From Longimicrobiales bacterium (lineage in GTDB: Bacteria > Gemmatimonadota > Gemmatimonadetes > Longimicrobiales > Gaopeijiaceae): a stretch of DNA of 64,000 bases. This document shows positions 40,709 through 51,097 of the stretch, piece after piece (position 1 is the stretch's first letter; each line of letters opens with the position of its first letter). The notes under the pieces were generated by a model. It worked only from the letters and a program-made list of their open reading frames with translations. It had not been told where the DNA came from and made no database searches. The translations under genes and the position numbers were made by a program. Where the stretch lies: NCBI GenBank assembly GCA_965116905.1, contig OZ220732.1, positions 896,001-960,000 of the forward strand. The letters run 5' to 3'.

Positions 40709-42195
40709 GCGCCGGGGCCCCGACCGCCACGCCGGACACCGCCGGCAACGGCGCGACCGCCGCCGACCCCGTCTTCCTCGCCCAGCGCGAGTTCCACCCC
40801 TTCGAGGCGGCGGGCGAGACGTTCCTCTACCTGGTGCCGTCGGCCGCCGTCTTCTACCTCGACGAGCCGTCCGTCGCGGTCCTCCAGGCCCTCGACACGG
40901 GCGCCGCGAGCGAAGACGACCTGGTCACGGCGCTCGCCCCACGCTTCGGCGAACCCGCCGTGCGGCGCAGCCTGGCCGAGCTGGTGCGGGTGCAGGCGAT
41001 CGGCCTCACCACAACCCCGAAACAGACCTTCCCGCGGGTGCTGCCGCAGGCGGATTTCCCGCTCACCACGATGGTCCTCAACGTCACCAACAAGTGCAAC
41101 CTGGCGTGCACGTACTGCTACGAGTACGGCGAGGACAAGATCGTCGACACCACGTGCGACCCCGCGCCCAACTACATGAGCGAGGAGACCGCGCGGAAGA
41201 GCGTCGACTTCATGTTCGAGCAGTCGGGCGATCTGCCGGTCGCGCACCTCACCTTCTTCGGCGGCGAGACGCTGCTCAACTTCAAGGTGCTGCGGAACAC
41301 GGTGGCGTATGCGCGCGAGCGCGCCGTGGAGTTGGGGAAGGACGTCGATTTCTCGCTGACCACCAACGGCACGCTGCTGCGCGACAAGGTCATCGACTGG
41401 CTGGCCGAGAATCGGATCGGCGTCACGGTCAGCATCGACGGGCCGAAGGAGATGCAGGACAAGTTCCGCGTCTTCAAGAACGGCATGGGCAGCTACGACT
41501 ACGCCCTGCCGAAGATCAAGCGCCTGCTGGAGCGCCACCGTACGCGTCCGATCGGCGCCCGGGTGACGCTCACCCGCCAGACGCTCGACGTGCCGCGCAT
41601 CTTCCACCATCTGCGCGACGAGGTGGGGTTCTGGGAGGTGGGGTTCGCTCCCGTGACGACCGCCGACGGGCGGGGTTACGCGATTCAGGACGCCGGCTTC
41701 GACCGCATGCTGGGCCAGTTCGAGGAGCTGGCGCAGGAGTTCCTCGAGTTCGCGGTCGACGACCGGCACCACGGGTTCTCGAACGTCAAGGACACGATCG
41801 AGGAGATCCACAAGGGCGTCAGCAAGGCCTTCCCCTGCGGCGCCGGGCTGGGGCTGATGGGCGTGGCCACCGACGGCGACGTCGCGCTCTGCCACCGGTT
41901 CGCGGGATCGGACGACCACAGCATCGGGTCGGTGCACACCGGACTCGACCGCAAGCGCCAGTTCGAGTTCCTCGGACACCATCACGTGGCCAACAAGACG
42001 GACTGCAACACCTGCTGGGCGCGGCCGCTGTGCGCCGGCGGCTGCTATCACGAGGCGCACGTGCGCTACGGCGACACGGGCGTGGCGAACCTGCACTACT
42101 GCGACTGGATCCGGAGCTGGACCAACACCTGCCTGGAGGTCTACGGCGAGATCGCGGTCAAGAACCCGGGGTACCTGGAGCAGTTCGAATCATGA
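40705..42195 (+). CDS. qhpD: Radical SAM/SPASM thioether-crosslinking maturase
   Basis: N-terminal RRE-like region, CNLACTYC, FFGGE, PCGAG..CHRF, CNTCWARPLCAGGC. Confidence 0.93.
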   Translation: MSAGAPTATPDTAGNGATAADPVFLAQREFHPFEAAGETFLYLVPSAAVFYLDEPSVAVLQALDTGAASEDDLVTALAPRFGEPAVRRSLAELVRVQAIGLTTTPKQTFPRVLPQADFPLTTMVLNVTNKCNLACTYCYEYGEDKIVDTTCDPAPNYMSEETARKSVDFMFEQSGDLPVAHLTFFGGETLLNFKVLRNTVAYARERAVELGKDVDFSLTTNGTLLRDKVIDWLAENRIGVTVSIDGPKEMQDKFRVFKNGMGSYDYALPKIKRLLERHRTRPIGARVTLTRQTLDVPRIFHHLRDEVGFWEVGFAPVTTADGRGYAIQDAGFDRMLGQFEELAQEFLEFAVDDRHHGFSNVKDTIEEIHKGVSKAFPCGAGLGLMGVATDGDVALCHRFAGSDDHSIGSVHTGLDRKRQFEFLGHHHVANKTDCNTCWARPLCAGGCYHEAHVRYGDTGVANLHYCDWIRSWTNTCLEVYGEIAVKNPGYLEQFES

Positions 42196-42211
42196 GGAAG
42201 GAGGCGGACAA

Positions 42212-42631
42212 GTGGACCACCTGAAAGCCATCAACCAGAAGGCGCGGCGGATCCAGGAGCATGTGGCGGCGCCGAACGGCGGGTCGGCCCCGGGGAGCGC
42301 TCCAGTGGCCGCGAACGGCGGCCCCGCCGACGCGCCGGCCAGCCCCGCCACCAGCGGCGACGGCGACCTCGACGTCGTCGGCCTGGAAAGCCGCGAGGGG
42401 CCGAACATCCCGCTGGGGTGCTCGCTCGTGTTCGCTCCCGGGTGGGAGGTGGACTCCACCGGGGGGACCGCCGGACTCTGTCAGCCCGTCGAACGCGACC
42501 TCTTCGATTGCCACCTGGCCTGCTTCTGGCCCGCCCACGTCCCGGACCAGCTCAACCACGCGCCGGACTGGACCGGCAAGTGTGCCGCTGCGCAGAAGGA
42601 CTGGCGCAAGATCGACCTGATCTTCCCGTGA
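42212..42631 (+). CDS. qhpC: Quinohemoprotein amine dehydrogenase gamma subunit precursor
   Basis: HLKAINQKA leader; GC...PGWEVD...LCQPVERDLFDCHLACFWPAHVPD...DWRK. Confidence 0.95.
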   Translation: MDHLKAINQKARRIQEHVAAPNGGSAPGSAPVAANGGPADAPASPATSGDGDLDVVGLESREGPNIPLGCSLVFAPGWEVDSTGGTAGLCQPVERDLFDCHLACFWPAHVPDQLNHAPDWTGKCAAAQKDWRKIDLIFP

Positions 42632-43737
42632 TGCGCCCGGGTCTGCTGCTTCTGACCGCCGGGCTTGTCGCCCTCTCGGGTGGCCTCGGCTCCAGCCCCG
42701 CCCACGCCCAGGGCGGCGGCAACGGCGTCATCTACATGGCGGCGTACGACCATTCGATCAAGGTCATCGACGAGAATTCGCTCGAGATCGTGGACGAGTT
42801 CGAGACTTCGATCGGGATCCCGATCGGGCTGACGCTGTCCGCCAACCACGAGCGCATCTACGTGCGCGACGCCGAGTTCGAGGAGATCGAGATCTTCGAC
42901 GTGGCCACCCGCCAGTCGCTCGACAGCTTTACCCTGAGCCGCGGGGACCGGAAGGTGCGGATCTGGGGGATGGAGGTCGATCCGGCCGAGGAGTTCGTCG
43001 TCCTCAACACCATGCGGTACACGAAGCGCATCGACCGGTGGGAGATCGACGAGGCGGTGCTGCTCAAGTACGACCTGGAGGAGAAGCAGGTCACCGACAC
43101 GATTCCCTGGCCGGAGGGTGAAGGCGGTCGCAGAGCGCGCCTCATGTTCTCGCCGGAGGGGGAATACCTGTACTTCTTCAGCCGGGGCAGCATCATCGTC
43201 CTCGAGACCGAGGGATTCACGGAAGTGGACCGCTGGGACCTCTCGCGTCCGCTCGAAGAGGGACTGGGCCGCTTCAGCTTCGGGTTCCCCACGAGCCTCC
43301 ACGATGAACGGGGATTCCACACCGGCCTCTTCAACTTCACCGACCCCGTGCAGAACCGCCGCATGATGGGGATCGCGCGCGTCAACCTGGCGGAGCGTGA
43401 CGTCGACTTCTTCACCCTGGGGCCGAGCTCTCCGGTCAGCTTCCGCCTCGCGCCCGGCGGCAACAAGGGCTACGGCCTGGTGCAGCAGATCGGGAACTAC
43501 GAGTTCTGGACCTTCGACCTGGAAGGGCGGCGCGTCGAGAACCGCCAGCGCTTCGCGGGACGACCGCGCATGGGCCTGGAGGTCAGTTCCAACGGCGAGT
43601 TGCTGTACATCTACAACGCCGGCGCGACGATCGACGTCTACGACGCCGACACCTACGAGTTCATCCGGACCGTGACCTTCGACGCGGATATGACAAGCTT
43701 TGTCATGATTCCGGAGGGGACGGGGCGGGCGGGGTAG
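42631..43737 (+). CDS. qhpB: Quinohemoprotein amine dehydrogenase beta subunit (beta-propeller)
   Basis: TGATG coupling to qhpC; signal peptide; beta-propeller repeats; operon position. Confidence 0.8.
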   Translation: MRPGLLLLTAGLVALSGGLGSSPAHAQGGGNGVIYMAAYDHSIKVIDENSLEIVDEFETSIGIPIGLTLSANHERIYVRDAEFEEIEIFDVATRQSLDSFTLSRGDRKVRIWGMEVDPAEEFVVLNTMRYTKRIDRWEIDEAVLLKYDLEEKQVTDTIPWPEGEGGRRARLMFSPEGEYLYFFSRGSIIVLETEGFTEVDRWDLSRPLEEGLGRFSFGFPTSLHDERGFHTGLFNFTDPVQNRRMMGIARVNLAERDVDFFTLGPSSPVSFRLAPGGNKGYGLVQQIGNYEFWTFDLEGRRVENRQRFAGRPRMGLEVSSNGELLYIYNAGATIDVYDADTYEFIRTVTFDADMTSFVMIPEGTGRAG

Positions 43738-43768
43738 GGGGCCGGGCGTCGGCCGGAGGCGCGCTAGA

Positions 43769-45418
43769 ATGGCCATCCTGGACCCCGAACTCCGCCGCGG
43801 CCTCGCCTACGTCCTCCCCTACCGAGGCCGGCTTGCCGTCATCCTTGGTCTCAACCTCGCCGGGACCGCGCTCGCCCTCTATGTACCGTACCTGACCCGC
43901 ACCCTGGTCGACGATGCGCTCCTGGGCGGCGATCTCGACGCTCTCATCCGTGTGGTCGGGCTCTTCCTCGCCGTCACCGCCGCCAGCTTCGGCCTGAACG
44001 TGGCCAGCGGGCTTCGGTACACGAAGGTTTCAGCTGAAATCCTCTTCGACATGCGGCTCGCGGTCTACCGGCACCTGCAGCGACTGTCGCCGCGCTTCTT
44101 CGCGCGCACTCCGCTCGGCGAGATCATGTCGCGGATCAACAACGACGTGGGCGAGATCCAGCGCGTGCTCGCGGACACGGCGCTGGCGTGGGTGGGGAAC
44201 GTGGCGTTTCTGGTGGGGACGGTCGGCATGCTCCTGTGGCTGGACTGGCGGCTGTTCCTGGCGGCCGCGGTGCTGCTGCCCCCCGCGATCTGGGCGCTGG
44301 TGCGGTACCGGCGGCGGCTCGAGGTGCGCGTCCGCGTCATGCGAGAGCGTAGCGCCGACATCGGCACCTTCCTGATCGAGACCCTGCGCGGCGTACGCCT
44401 GGTCGCGGCTTCGAACGCGGCCGAACGCGAGGCGGTCCGATTCCGCGAGCGCAACGACTCGTTCGTGGACTCGCTGATGAAGATGCAGCGCCTGCGCTAC
44501 CTGGCGGGTGGACTGCCGGGACTGCTGCTGTCGGCGAGCACGGCGGTAGTGTTCCTCTACGGCGGGTCGCGCGTGATCGGCGGCGTGATCACGCTGGGCA
44601 CGTTCACAGCGTTCATGGCGTACCAGATGCGCCTGATCGGGCCGGTGCAGGGCCTCATGGGGCTGTACACGGGGATCGCGACCGCGCGGGTCTCGCTGCG
44701 CCGCGTGCACGAGCTGCTCGACGAGCCGATCGAGGTGGCCGACGCCGAATCGCCGGCCGCGCTGGGTCCCGTGCGCGGGGAGCTGGTCTTCGAGGACGTG
44801 TCGTGCGGGCACGGCCGTGGCGGGGCGGTGCTGGAGGGGTTCGGGATGACCGTCGCGCCGGGCGAGGTGGTGGCTCTGGTGGGTCCTTCAGGGGGAGGCA
44901 AGTCGACGGTGGCCGACCTTATTGTCCGCCATCTCGACCCCGATTCCGGGCGTGTCCTGCTGGACGGGCGAGATGTTCGGGACATCGGCCTGGCGGAGTT
45001 GCGTGCAAATGTCGCGCTGGTCGACCAGACCGCGTTCGTCTTCAACACCTCGATCCTGGAAAACGTGCGGTACGCGCGGCCGGACGCCGACGAGGCCGCG
45101 GTGATGCAGGCCGTCGAGCGCGCGGGGCTGGGCGACTTCGTGGCGGGCCTCCCCGACGGCCTCGGCACGGTGGTGGGCGAGGAAGGCCGGCAGCTTTCCG
45201 CGGGGGAACGGCAGCGCGTGGCGATCGCGCGGGCCCTGCTGGCCGATCCGGCCGTGCTGGTGCTGGACGAGGCGACGAGCGCGCTGGACATGGAAGCCCA
45301 GGCGCACGTGGTGGGCGCGTATCGCGAAGTCATGAGGGGGCGGACGACCGTGTTGATCACGCACCGGGAAGAGATGCTGCGGGGGGTGGATCGGGTGGTG
45401 GAGGTGGGGCGTGGGTAG
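43769..45418 (+). CDS. qhpF: ABC exporter (TMD+NBD), probable QhpF
   Basis: ABC membrane domain; GPSGGGKS, LSAGERQR, LDEAT; follows qhpB. Confidence 0.8.
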   Translation: MAILDPELRRGLAYVLPYRGRLAVILGLNLAGTALALYVPYLTRTLVDDALLGGDLDALIRVVGLFLAVTAASFGLNVASGLRYTKVSAEILFDMRLAVYRHLQRLSPRFFARTPLGEIMSRINNDVGEIQRVLADTALAWVGNVAFLVGTVGMLLWLDWRLFLAAAVLLPPAIWALVRYRRRLEVRVRVMRERSADIGTFLIETLRGVRLVAASNAAEREAVRFRERNDSFVDSLMKMQRLRYLAGGLPGLLLSASTAVVFLYGGSRVIGGVITLGTFTAFMAYQMRLIGPVQGLMGLYTGIATARVSLRRVHELLDEPIEVADAESPAALGPVRGELVFEDVSCGHGRGGAVLEGFGMTVAPGEVVALVGPSGGGKSTVADLIVRHLDPDSGRVLLDGRDVRDIGLAELRANVALVDQTAFVFNTSILENVRYARPDADEAAVMQAVERAGLGDFVAGLPDGLGTVVGEEGRQLSAGERQRVAIARALLADPAVLVLDEATSALDMEAQAHVVGAYREVMRGRTTVLITHREEMLRGVDRVVEVGRG

Positions 45419-45489
45419 GATGCCCTTGATTGCACTGCAATCATGCGGTAGCTTCTCCGCACGTTCCGCACCACGAGGAGGCACGGTCA

Positions 45490-45735
45490 ATGGCGAGTAT
45501 CACGATCCGCAACCTGGACGACGACGTAAAGACGCGCCTTCGCGTACGCGCCGCCGAGCATCACCGTTCGATGGAGGAGGAAGCGCGTATCATCCTGCGC
45601 GACGCCGTAACTGACCGGCACGCTGATCCACACAATCTCGCGACGTTCACGCGGCAGTGCTTCGCGTCTCTTGGCGGCATCCAACTCGAACTTCCGCCGC
45701 GCGGCCCCATGCGCGAGCCTCCAGATTTCTCCTGA
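45490..45735 (+). CDS. FitA-like ribbon-helix-helix antitoxin
   Basis: MASITIRNLDDDVKTRLRVRAAEHHRSMEEEAR. Confidence 0.9.
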   Translation: MASITIRNLDDDVKTRLRVRAAEHHRSMEEEARIILRDAVTDRHADPHNLATFTRQCFASLGGIQLELPPRGPMREPPDFS

Positions 45736-45743
45736 GCGGCTTC

Positions 45744-46175
45744 ATGTTCATCATCGATACGAATGTCGCGTCCGAACTCATGCGTCCCGAACCGACGGCC
45801 GCGGTAGCGGCATGGATCGGTGAGCGCGATGCGCGGGACATGTACCTGACGGCCGTGAGCGAAGCGGAACTCCTTTACGGCGTCGCGATCATGCCGACCG
45901 GCAAGCGGCGGAGCGCGCTGGAGGCTGCCATGACACGGTGGCTGAGTCTCGGCTTCAGAGAACGGATTCTTCCGTTCGACAGCGCGGCGGCCCGAGCGTA
46001 CGCGGAGATCGCTGCCGAGCGGCGTCACGCTGGCCGGCCAATCGGCGAGGCCGACTGCCAGATCGCCGCGATATCCCGCGCACGTGGAGCCACTCTGGTC
46101 ACGCGTAATGTACGAGACTTCGAGCGTACGGGACTGAATGTGATCGATCCTTGGGCGGGGGTCGGTCCATCCTGA
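45744..46175 (+). CDS. vapC: FitB/VapC PIN-domain toxin
   Basis: IIDTNVASE, DCQIAAI, LVTRNVRDF. Confidence 0.92.
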   Translation: MFIIDTNVASELMRPEPTAAVAAWIGERDARDMYLTAVSEAELLYGVAIMPTGKRRSALEAAMTRWLSLGFRERILPFDSAAARAYAEIAAERRHAGRPIGEADCQIAAISRARGATLVTRNVRDFERTGLNVIDPWAGVGPS

Positions 46176-46246
46176 CGACCGCGGCCGCCGACCGTGAACG
46201 CGTGAGCCCGTGGCGCAACAACGTGCCCGACCCGTGGGACCGCAGC

Positions 46247-47344
46247 ATGCGGGCCGACGCGCTTGGTACGCGCGCCCGGAGTCTGCGCAATGTGCTGGCG
46301 GTCCCGTTCCTGGTCGCGGCCTTCGGAATCTGGGCGGGTTGCGACGGCGGCACCGACACCGACTCCACCATCACACCTGTCGCGATGCCCTTTGCTGACA
46401 AGTTCCGGCTTGAGCAGGTGATCACGCCGGAGCAAAGCATGGAGTCGCCCATCGTCAGGATTTCGGGGGCTTCCTGGAACGGTGATCGCTTCGCCATCGC
46501 CGACGTTTCGGAGGCGAATGCCAAGCTGTTCAGCATTGATGGGTCGTTGCTTGCCACGGTGGGACGAAGCGGCGAGGGCCCGGGCGAGTTCATGGCCGCT
46601 CGCTATCCGGTCCTCGCGGACGGGCGTCTGTTCGTGGCCGATGGGGCACTGGGCCGGGTGTCAGTCTGGACGGAGAGCGGAGAACTGGAGCGGGAGATCC
46701 AGGTTGGAGCGGGGTTCATCTCGGATTTCGCCTTGCTGCCGGATGGCCGGCTCGTGTTCACCGGCAGCGGCTTCGGCACGCCGGGCGCGGCGATGGGCGT
46801 GTTCGCGGACGACGGCACCGCGGTGGCTCAGGGGCTTTTCACCACGACGGTTCTCCCTGCGGATGCCGATCCCGAGGCCCCGTGGGCCAACGTGCGGCAG
46901 ACGTCTTTCGCCGTTGCCAACGACACCGCCTGGGCCGTGTCGACGATTTCGGACAGTCTCTGGGCCGTCCCTCTGACCGCCGACACGCTGTGGGCCGAGG
47001 CCTACCGACTTGCCATCCCCGGTTACGTGGCACCGGCCGCGCCCGAAGAACCCCTGCGCTCGCTGCAGGACCTGAGCGCCTGGGGCAGGAGTTTCCACGG
47101 TGCGGCCCCGCCGGCCGCAAGCTCCGAACTACTGGTCTTTCCGTTTGTTCAGGGCGTGCTGAACAACGGCGACCCCACGATCCTGCTCATGAGAGATGGG
47201 GAAGGAGACTGGTACGCGCTCAGTGATCCTCCCCCGGTCATCGCGGCGTTCGCCGATCGGCTCCTGGCAATCCACAATCCCCTGGAAGACCCCGTGGAGC
47301 TGGCTGTGTACGAGGTGCGGAGCGCGGGTGGAACAGGACGATGA
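46247..47344 (+). CDS. Six-bladed (NHL-like) beta-propeller lipoprotein
   Basis: Lipobox [15 protein letters not shown]. Confidence 0.8.
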   Translation: MRADALGTRARSLRNVLAVPFLVAAFGIWAGCDGGTDTDSTITPVAMPFADKFRLEQVITPEQSMESPIVRISGASWNGDRFAIADVSEANAKLFSIDGSLLATVGRSGEGPGEFMAARYPVLADGRLFVADGALGRVSVWTESGELEREIQVGAGFISDFALLPDGRLVFTGSGFGTPGAAMGVFADDGTAVAQGLFTTTVLPADADPEAPWANVRQTSFAVANDTAWAVSTISDSLWAVPLTADTLWAEAYRLAIPGYVAPAAPEEPLRSLQDLSAWGRSFHGAAPPAASSELLVFPFVQGVLNNGDPTILLMRDGEGDWYALSDPPPVIAAFADRLLAIHNPLEDPVELAVYEVRSAGGTGR

Positions 47345-48495
47345 GATCCCCCAAGGCGCCCCTTGCTGCGTTTGCCGCGTTCGCGGCCGCCCTCGTGAGT
47401 TGCCAGGAAACGCCCTCAGGCCCGGGAATCCAGGTGGACACCCTGCCGGGCGGACGGGTCGTCGTCTCCAACCCGGACGCACATTTGGTGGCCGGTGGCC
47501 CGCCGCTGCGGCTTGTCGAAGAGCTTCGCATAGGCTCGGTCGACGGGAGTTGCGATGCCTTTGGCTCGGTGGTTTCGATGACCGAAGACGAAAGCGGCAG
47601 GATCTACGTCGCCGACTTCCGCAATGCCGAGATCACGATCTTCACGCCGACCGGCGAATGCCTGCGGAGCTTCGGTGGCAAGGGCGAGGGGCCCGGAGAG
47701 TTCGCCATGCTCTCGGGGATCGCGTGGCAGCCTCCCGGATTCCTCTGGGCCAAGGACCCGCTCAACGATCGGTTGACCGTTTTCGATTCGGCAGGGGCAG
47801 TGCTGGCAACCCACACGCTTGAACCGTCGTTGAGCGCCTCGATCCCATGGCGAGGATGGGTGGACCGGCAGGGACGCCTGCACGATTTCGTGTTGAGCCG
47901 CGACGTCCACGTCAGGTACGGTACCGGCCCTGATCTAGTGGTGTTGGATACGTTCCCGGTTCCCGAGACGCCAATGCCGGAACCCCCAACGTACACGCAA
48001 ACATCGGGCAGCATCGCAATGATGTCCCGTCTGCCCCACTCACCGGACAGTCGATGGGCTGCGAATCATGATGGGAACATCTGGAGGGCACGCACCGACG
48101 TATTCGAGTTGCACGAAACGACGTACGACGGCGACACCCTGCGCACCGTGCGCCTTGGCCGTCGCCCGGAAAGGCTGGAAGGGAGGGAGAGGGACAGTAT
48201 TGCCGACGTGACAGGAGTGCGCGCCAGCAGGCTTCCCGAAACGAAAGAGGTCCTCGGGGGAATCTACGCTGGTGCCGACGGGTGGACGTGGGTCAGCCGG
48301 GTCAGCGTTGACAGGGGACCGGTCGAGGTGTTCGATGTGTTTGATGACGGAGGGCGATACCTCGGTCCCGTGTCCTCAGCGGTCGCGATCGACCTCGGAA
48401 CCAAGCCGGTGTTCGGCCGGGGTACCGTGCTTGCCGTAACCGAGGATGAACTTGGCGTGCAATACATCGTTCGATTGCGGATCGAGCAGGGGTGA
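47341..48495 (+). CDS. Six-bladed (NHL-like) beta-propeller lipoprotein
   Basis: Lipobox LVSC; EELRIG, GRIYVAD, GGKGEGPGEF, EDELGVQYIVRL. Confidence 0.85.
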   Translation: MRSPKAPLAAFAAFAAALVSCQETPSGPGIQVDTLPGGRVVVSNPDAHLVAGGPPLRLVEELRIGSVDGSCDAFGSVVSMTEDESGRIYVADFRNAEITIFTPTGECLRSFGGKGEGPGEFAMLSGIAWQPPGFLWAKDPLNDRLTVFDSAGAVLATHTLEPSLSASIPWRGWVDRQGRLHDFVLSRDVHVRYGTGPDLVVLDTFPVPETPMPEPPTYTQTSGSIAMMSRLPHSPDSRWAANHDGNIWRARTDVFELHETTYDGDTLRTVRLGRRPERLEGRERDSIADVTGVRASRLPETKEVLGGIYAGADGWTWVSRVSVDRGPVEVFDVFDDGGRYLGPVSSAVAIDLGTKPVFGRGTVLAVTEDELGVQYIVRLRIEQG

Positions 48496-48500
48496 AACCG

Positions 48501-48959
48501 TCACCCCTTTGGCAGCGAGCCCGACTCCTCGCCGGAGCCCAACGCGCGCCCGGCCTTGCGGGCGACCAGCAGGCTGGCCACGCCGCCTCCGGCGCCGAGG
48601 AGTGGCAGAATGCTGAACGGGACGATGGCGCCCCCGTTGGGCCAGTCCCCCCAACTGCCGCCCACAACGAGTCCTGCCAGCAGGAGGCCGCCCAGCACGC
48701 CCACCGATGCGACTCGTGAGTAGGAAAGCTCGTCCAACGAGCGGCCGCGCGCCTCGATCGCCAACATGGCCGAGAAGCTCGTACCGATCCCGACGCCCCA
48801 CACGGTCCCCGCAATGATCATGAACCCCAGCTCATCCTCGGCACCGGGAAAGAACACCTTGCTGGCCAAAGCGACCAGTGAGAAGAACCCCGCGCCGACA
48901 GCGCCGAAGGTCAGCCCCATGCCGAGGACACCACGAACGACTTTCTTCCAACGCGACAC
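48501..48959 (-). CDS. Small multi-pass membrane protein
   Basis: RBS AGGAGG; about four hydrophobic segments. Confidence 0.75.
   Translation of the reverse strand: MSRWKKVVRGVLGMGLTFGAVGAGFFSLVALASKVFFPGAEDELGFMIIAGTVWGVGIGTSFSAMLAIEARGRSLDELSYSRVASVGVLGGLLLAGLVVGGSWGDWPNGGAIVPFSILPLLGAGGGVASLLVARKAGRALGSGEESGSLPKG
48733..48840. repeat. 108-bp direct repeat, copy 1
   Basis: Matches 53854-53961 with 9 mismatches by manual alignment. Confidence 0.9.
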
Positions 48960-49358
48960 GGCGGCCTCCTGCTTGCAGTGATCTGGTGCCATGGAGGATA
49001 CCTGAGATAGGGTCGGGCGTCCAAGCGGTTGCCAGCGCGGTAAGGCCCAGGGCAGCGGCAGATTCAGGCAGCACCTAAGGCGGTGACACTCGCCGAATTG
49101 ACGCCACCCGTGCGGGACGGCTGCGAGGCGAGAAAGCGCAGCAGTTTCCCGCAGGTCCGCTTCTTCAGTGGCCGCCGACCGGACCCCGCAGCCCGGTGCA
49201 CCTGAGAGCTGCGTTGCACGTTTTCCCGACTGGGACTGTTAACTCTATCGCACAGGGGAGGTGCGGACGCTGGAAGCTCTCTTCCGAGCCTCAGTTTCCC
49301 GTAGATCCCTGACTCGGGGGAAACGCCCTCGTAGACACTCACAAGAGGAGGAAGCATC

Positions 49359-49640
49359 ATGACGTACCGCCAGTTGTTCTCGCTTTTGCCGGACTTTCCG
49401 AAGCCGCTGAGGGTCGGAGTGTCACTCCTTGCCGTCCTTGCGACGGCGGCGGGAGCTGGTACCCTCGCGACATCCCCGGCTGCGGCTGCAGTCGGTTCAC
49501 CCTTCTTGGATTGCACGTCAGAACAGGTGGACATAGGGTTTGAGGTCATCGGTCGAGAGTGCGGTGGTCCGGGTGTGGGCATCATCCATTGTCACTCGAG
49601 CGGTAGCGTGATCGTCGAGGATGTCCATTGCCTTGCATGA
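49359..49640 (+). CDS. Small secreted Cys-rich peptide (C-x15-C-x9-C-x12-C)
   Basis: Strong RBS GAGGAGG; hydrophobic signal-like region; paralog of 52322-52615. Confidence 0.8.
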   Translation: MTYRQLFSLLPDFPKPLRVGVSLLAVLATAAGAGTLATSPAAAAVGSPFLDCTSEQVDIGFEVIGRECGGPGVGIIHCHSSGSVIVEDVHCLA

Positions 49641-49857
49641 GGCCTGTTCGGCCTGTCTTGCGTGAGAGCGACCGTTAGCCGCGGTCGCAGCTGCGTGGGA
49701 CAACCTGTGCCCGCTCCCGCTTCCGCAGCCTGTGTCCAAGCGGAAACCGCGCTGCGTGAAGTGGGAGCGGGAGCTTCATGCTCAGTAACGTGACTCCTGT
49801 CGCATCGGTCTGCCGGAGCAGCCCATTGCCATTGTATGGAAGGATGAGCGAAACACA

Positions 49858-50547
49858 GTGAATAGAGAAAAGACCTCTTCTGTCATCGCGAACCTCATGG
49901 TCATTGTGAGTGTTTGTTGCGCGGTTGTTATGACGACCGCCGTCTTACGGCGCGCGCCTGGCACTACGGAATCGATCCAACCGCGCGAGCCTGCGACCAC
50001 CGGTACTCAAGAGATCCAGGATTGGGCTGCACTCGCGTCAGGTGGTCACGATCTTGGACCAGAAGACGCGCCTGTGTGGATTGTCGTATTCTCGGACTTC
50101 CAATGTCCAGCATGTCGCGCTCTAGCTACACGGCTCCGCGCGCTCAATTCAACGCAGCCTGCTCTTGCTAGGGTCTTCTATCGACACTTCCCCCTGCCGT
50201 CGCACGTACATGCTGAGGAGGCAGCTTTGGCAAGCGAGTGCGCCGCAGCGCTAGGGCGCTTCCTGGCCTTTCACGATGTCCTGTTCTACGAGCAAGAGGT
50301 AATCGGCCACATGCCTTGGCAGTACTTTGGCGATCTCGCCAACCTAAACGACATTCCCGCATTCACGGAGTGTATCCGAGTGGGCGAGCCGATGACCCGT
50401 ATCGTAGACGATCGGCGAACAGGCGAACTCATGGGGATTGATCGTACGCCCACTTGGCTCATCAATGGTACCGTGGTTGTTGGAGTCCCATCGCTATCGC
50501 GCATTAAGGACTTGATCGCCCAGCATCGCACGGCGGATCCGCAATGA
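49858..50547 (+). CDS. DsbA family thiol-disulfide oxidoreductase
   Basis: TM anchor; GPEDAPV..VFSDFQCPAC; YRHFPL; GIDRTPTWLING. Confidence 0.9.
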   Translation: MNREKTSSVIANLMVIVSVCCAVVMTTAVLRRAPGTTESIQPREPATTGTQEIQDWAALASGGHDLGPEDAPVWIVVFSDFQCPACRALATRLRALNSTQPALARVFYRHFPLPSHVHAEEAALASECAAALGRFLAFHDVLFYEQEVIGHMPWQYFGDLANLNDIPAFTECIRVGEPMTRIVDDRRTGELMGIDRTPTWLINGTVVVGVPSLSRIKDLIAQHRTADPQ

Positions 50548-50602
50548 GGTGATATCGCGATGTCCGTCTGCAGTAACCCACAAGGAAGAAAGGCAAAACA
50601 AA

Positions 50603-51097
50603 ATGACTGATCGAAGAATCGTCGCGGTGCGGCGCCCCATGTTGTCGTGGGCTTACCTCGCTGTAACGCTGCTCTTAGTCGGCGCTGAGAACGCTTCTGC
50701 CCAACAGCAGATCAGCATTCCACGAAACCCAGCCAATGGGTACGTCGGCCTGAGCTACCGGCCAACGGACTTCACGGAAGCTGACGTACAGAAGCGTGCC
50801 CTTCCATTCGTAATCGCCGTGGTTCCTTGCTCGCCGGCCCATTTTGCTGGAGTAGAGCCTGGCGATGTCCTTCTTCGGGTAAACGACCAGGACTCGAGAG
50901 GCCGGGGGCTGTTTCGCGGGACCATTGGAACAGAGTATCAAGTGACCCTAAGACGTGCAGACGAACTGTACGACCTACGGTTTGTCCGCGTTGAGCTTCC
51001 GACACAAATGCCTGCGCCCGTGCGAACCTCTCCCATGGGATCGACGGAAGAATGGAATTGCAGTAGTTCTCAGTGGTTCGGGGCTGTGGAACAATGA
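50603..51097 (+). CDS. Secreted PDZ-domain protein
   Basis: Signal peptide (ASA); GYVGL; VVPCSPAHFAGVEPGDVLLRVN. Confidence 0.8.
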   Translation: MTDRRIVAVRRPMLSWAYLAVTLLLVGAENASAQQQISIPRNPANGYVGLSYRPTDFTEADVQKRALPFVIAVVPCSPAHFAGVEPGDVLLRVNDQDSRGRGLFRGTIGTEYQVTLRRADELYDLRFVRVELPTQMPAPVRTSPMGSTEEWNCSSSQWFGAVEQ

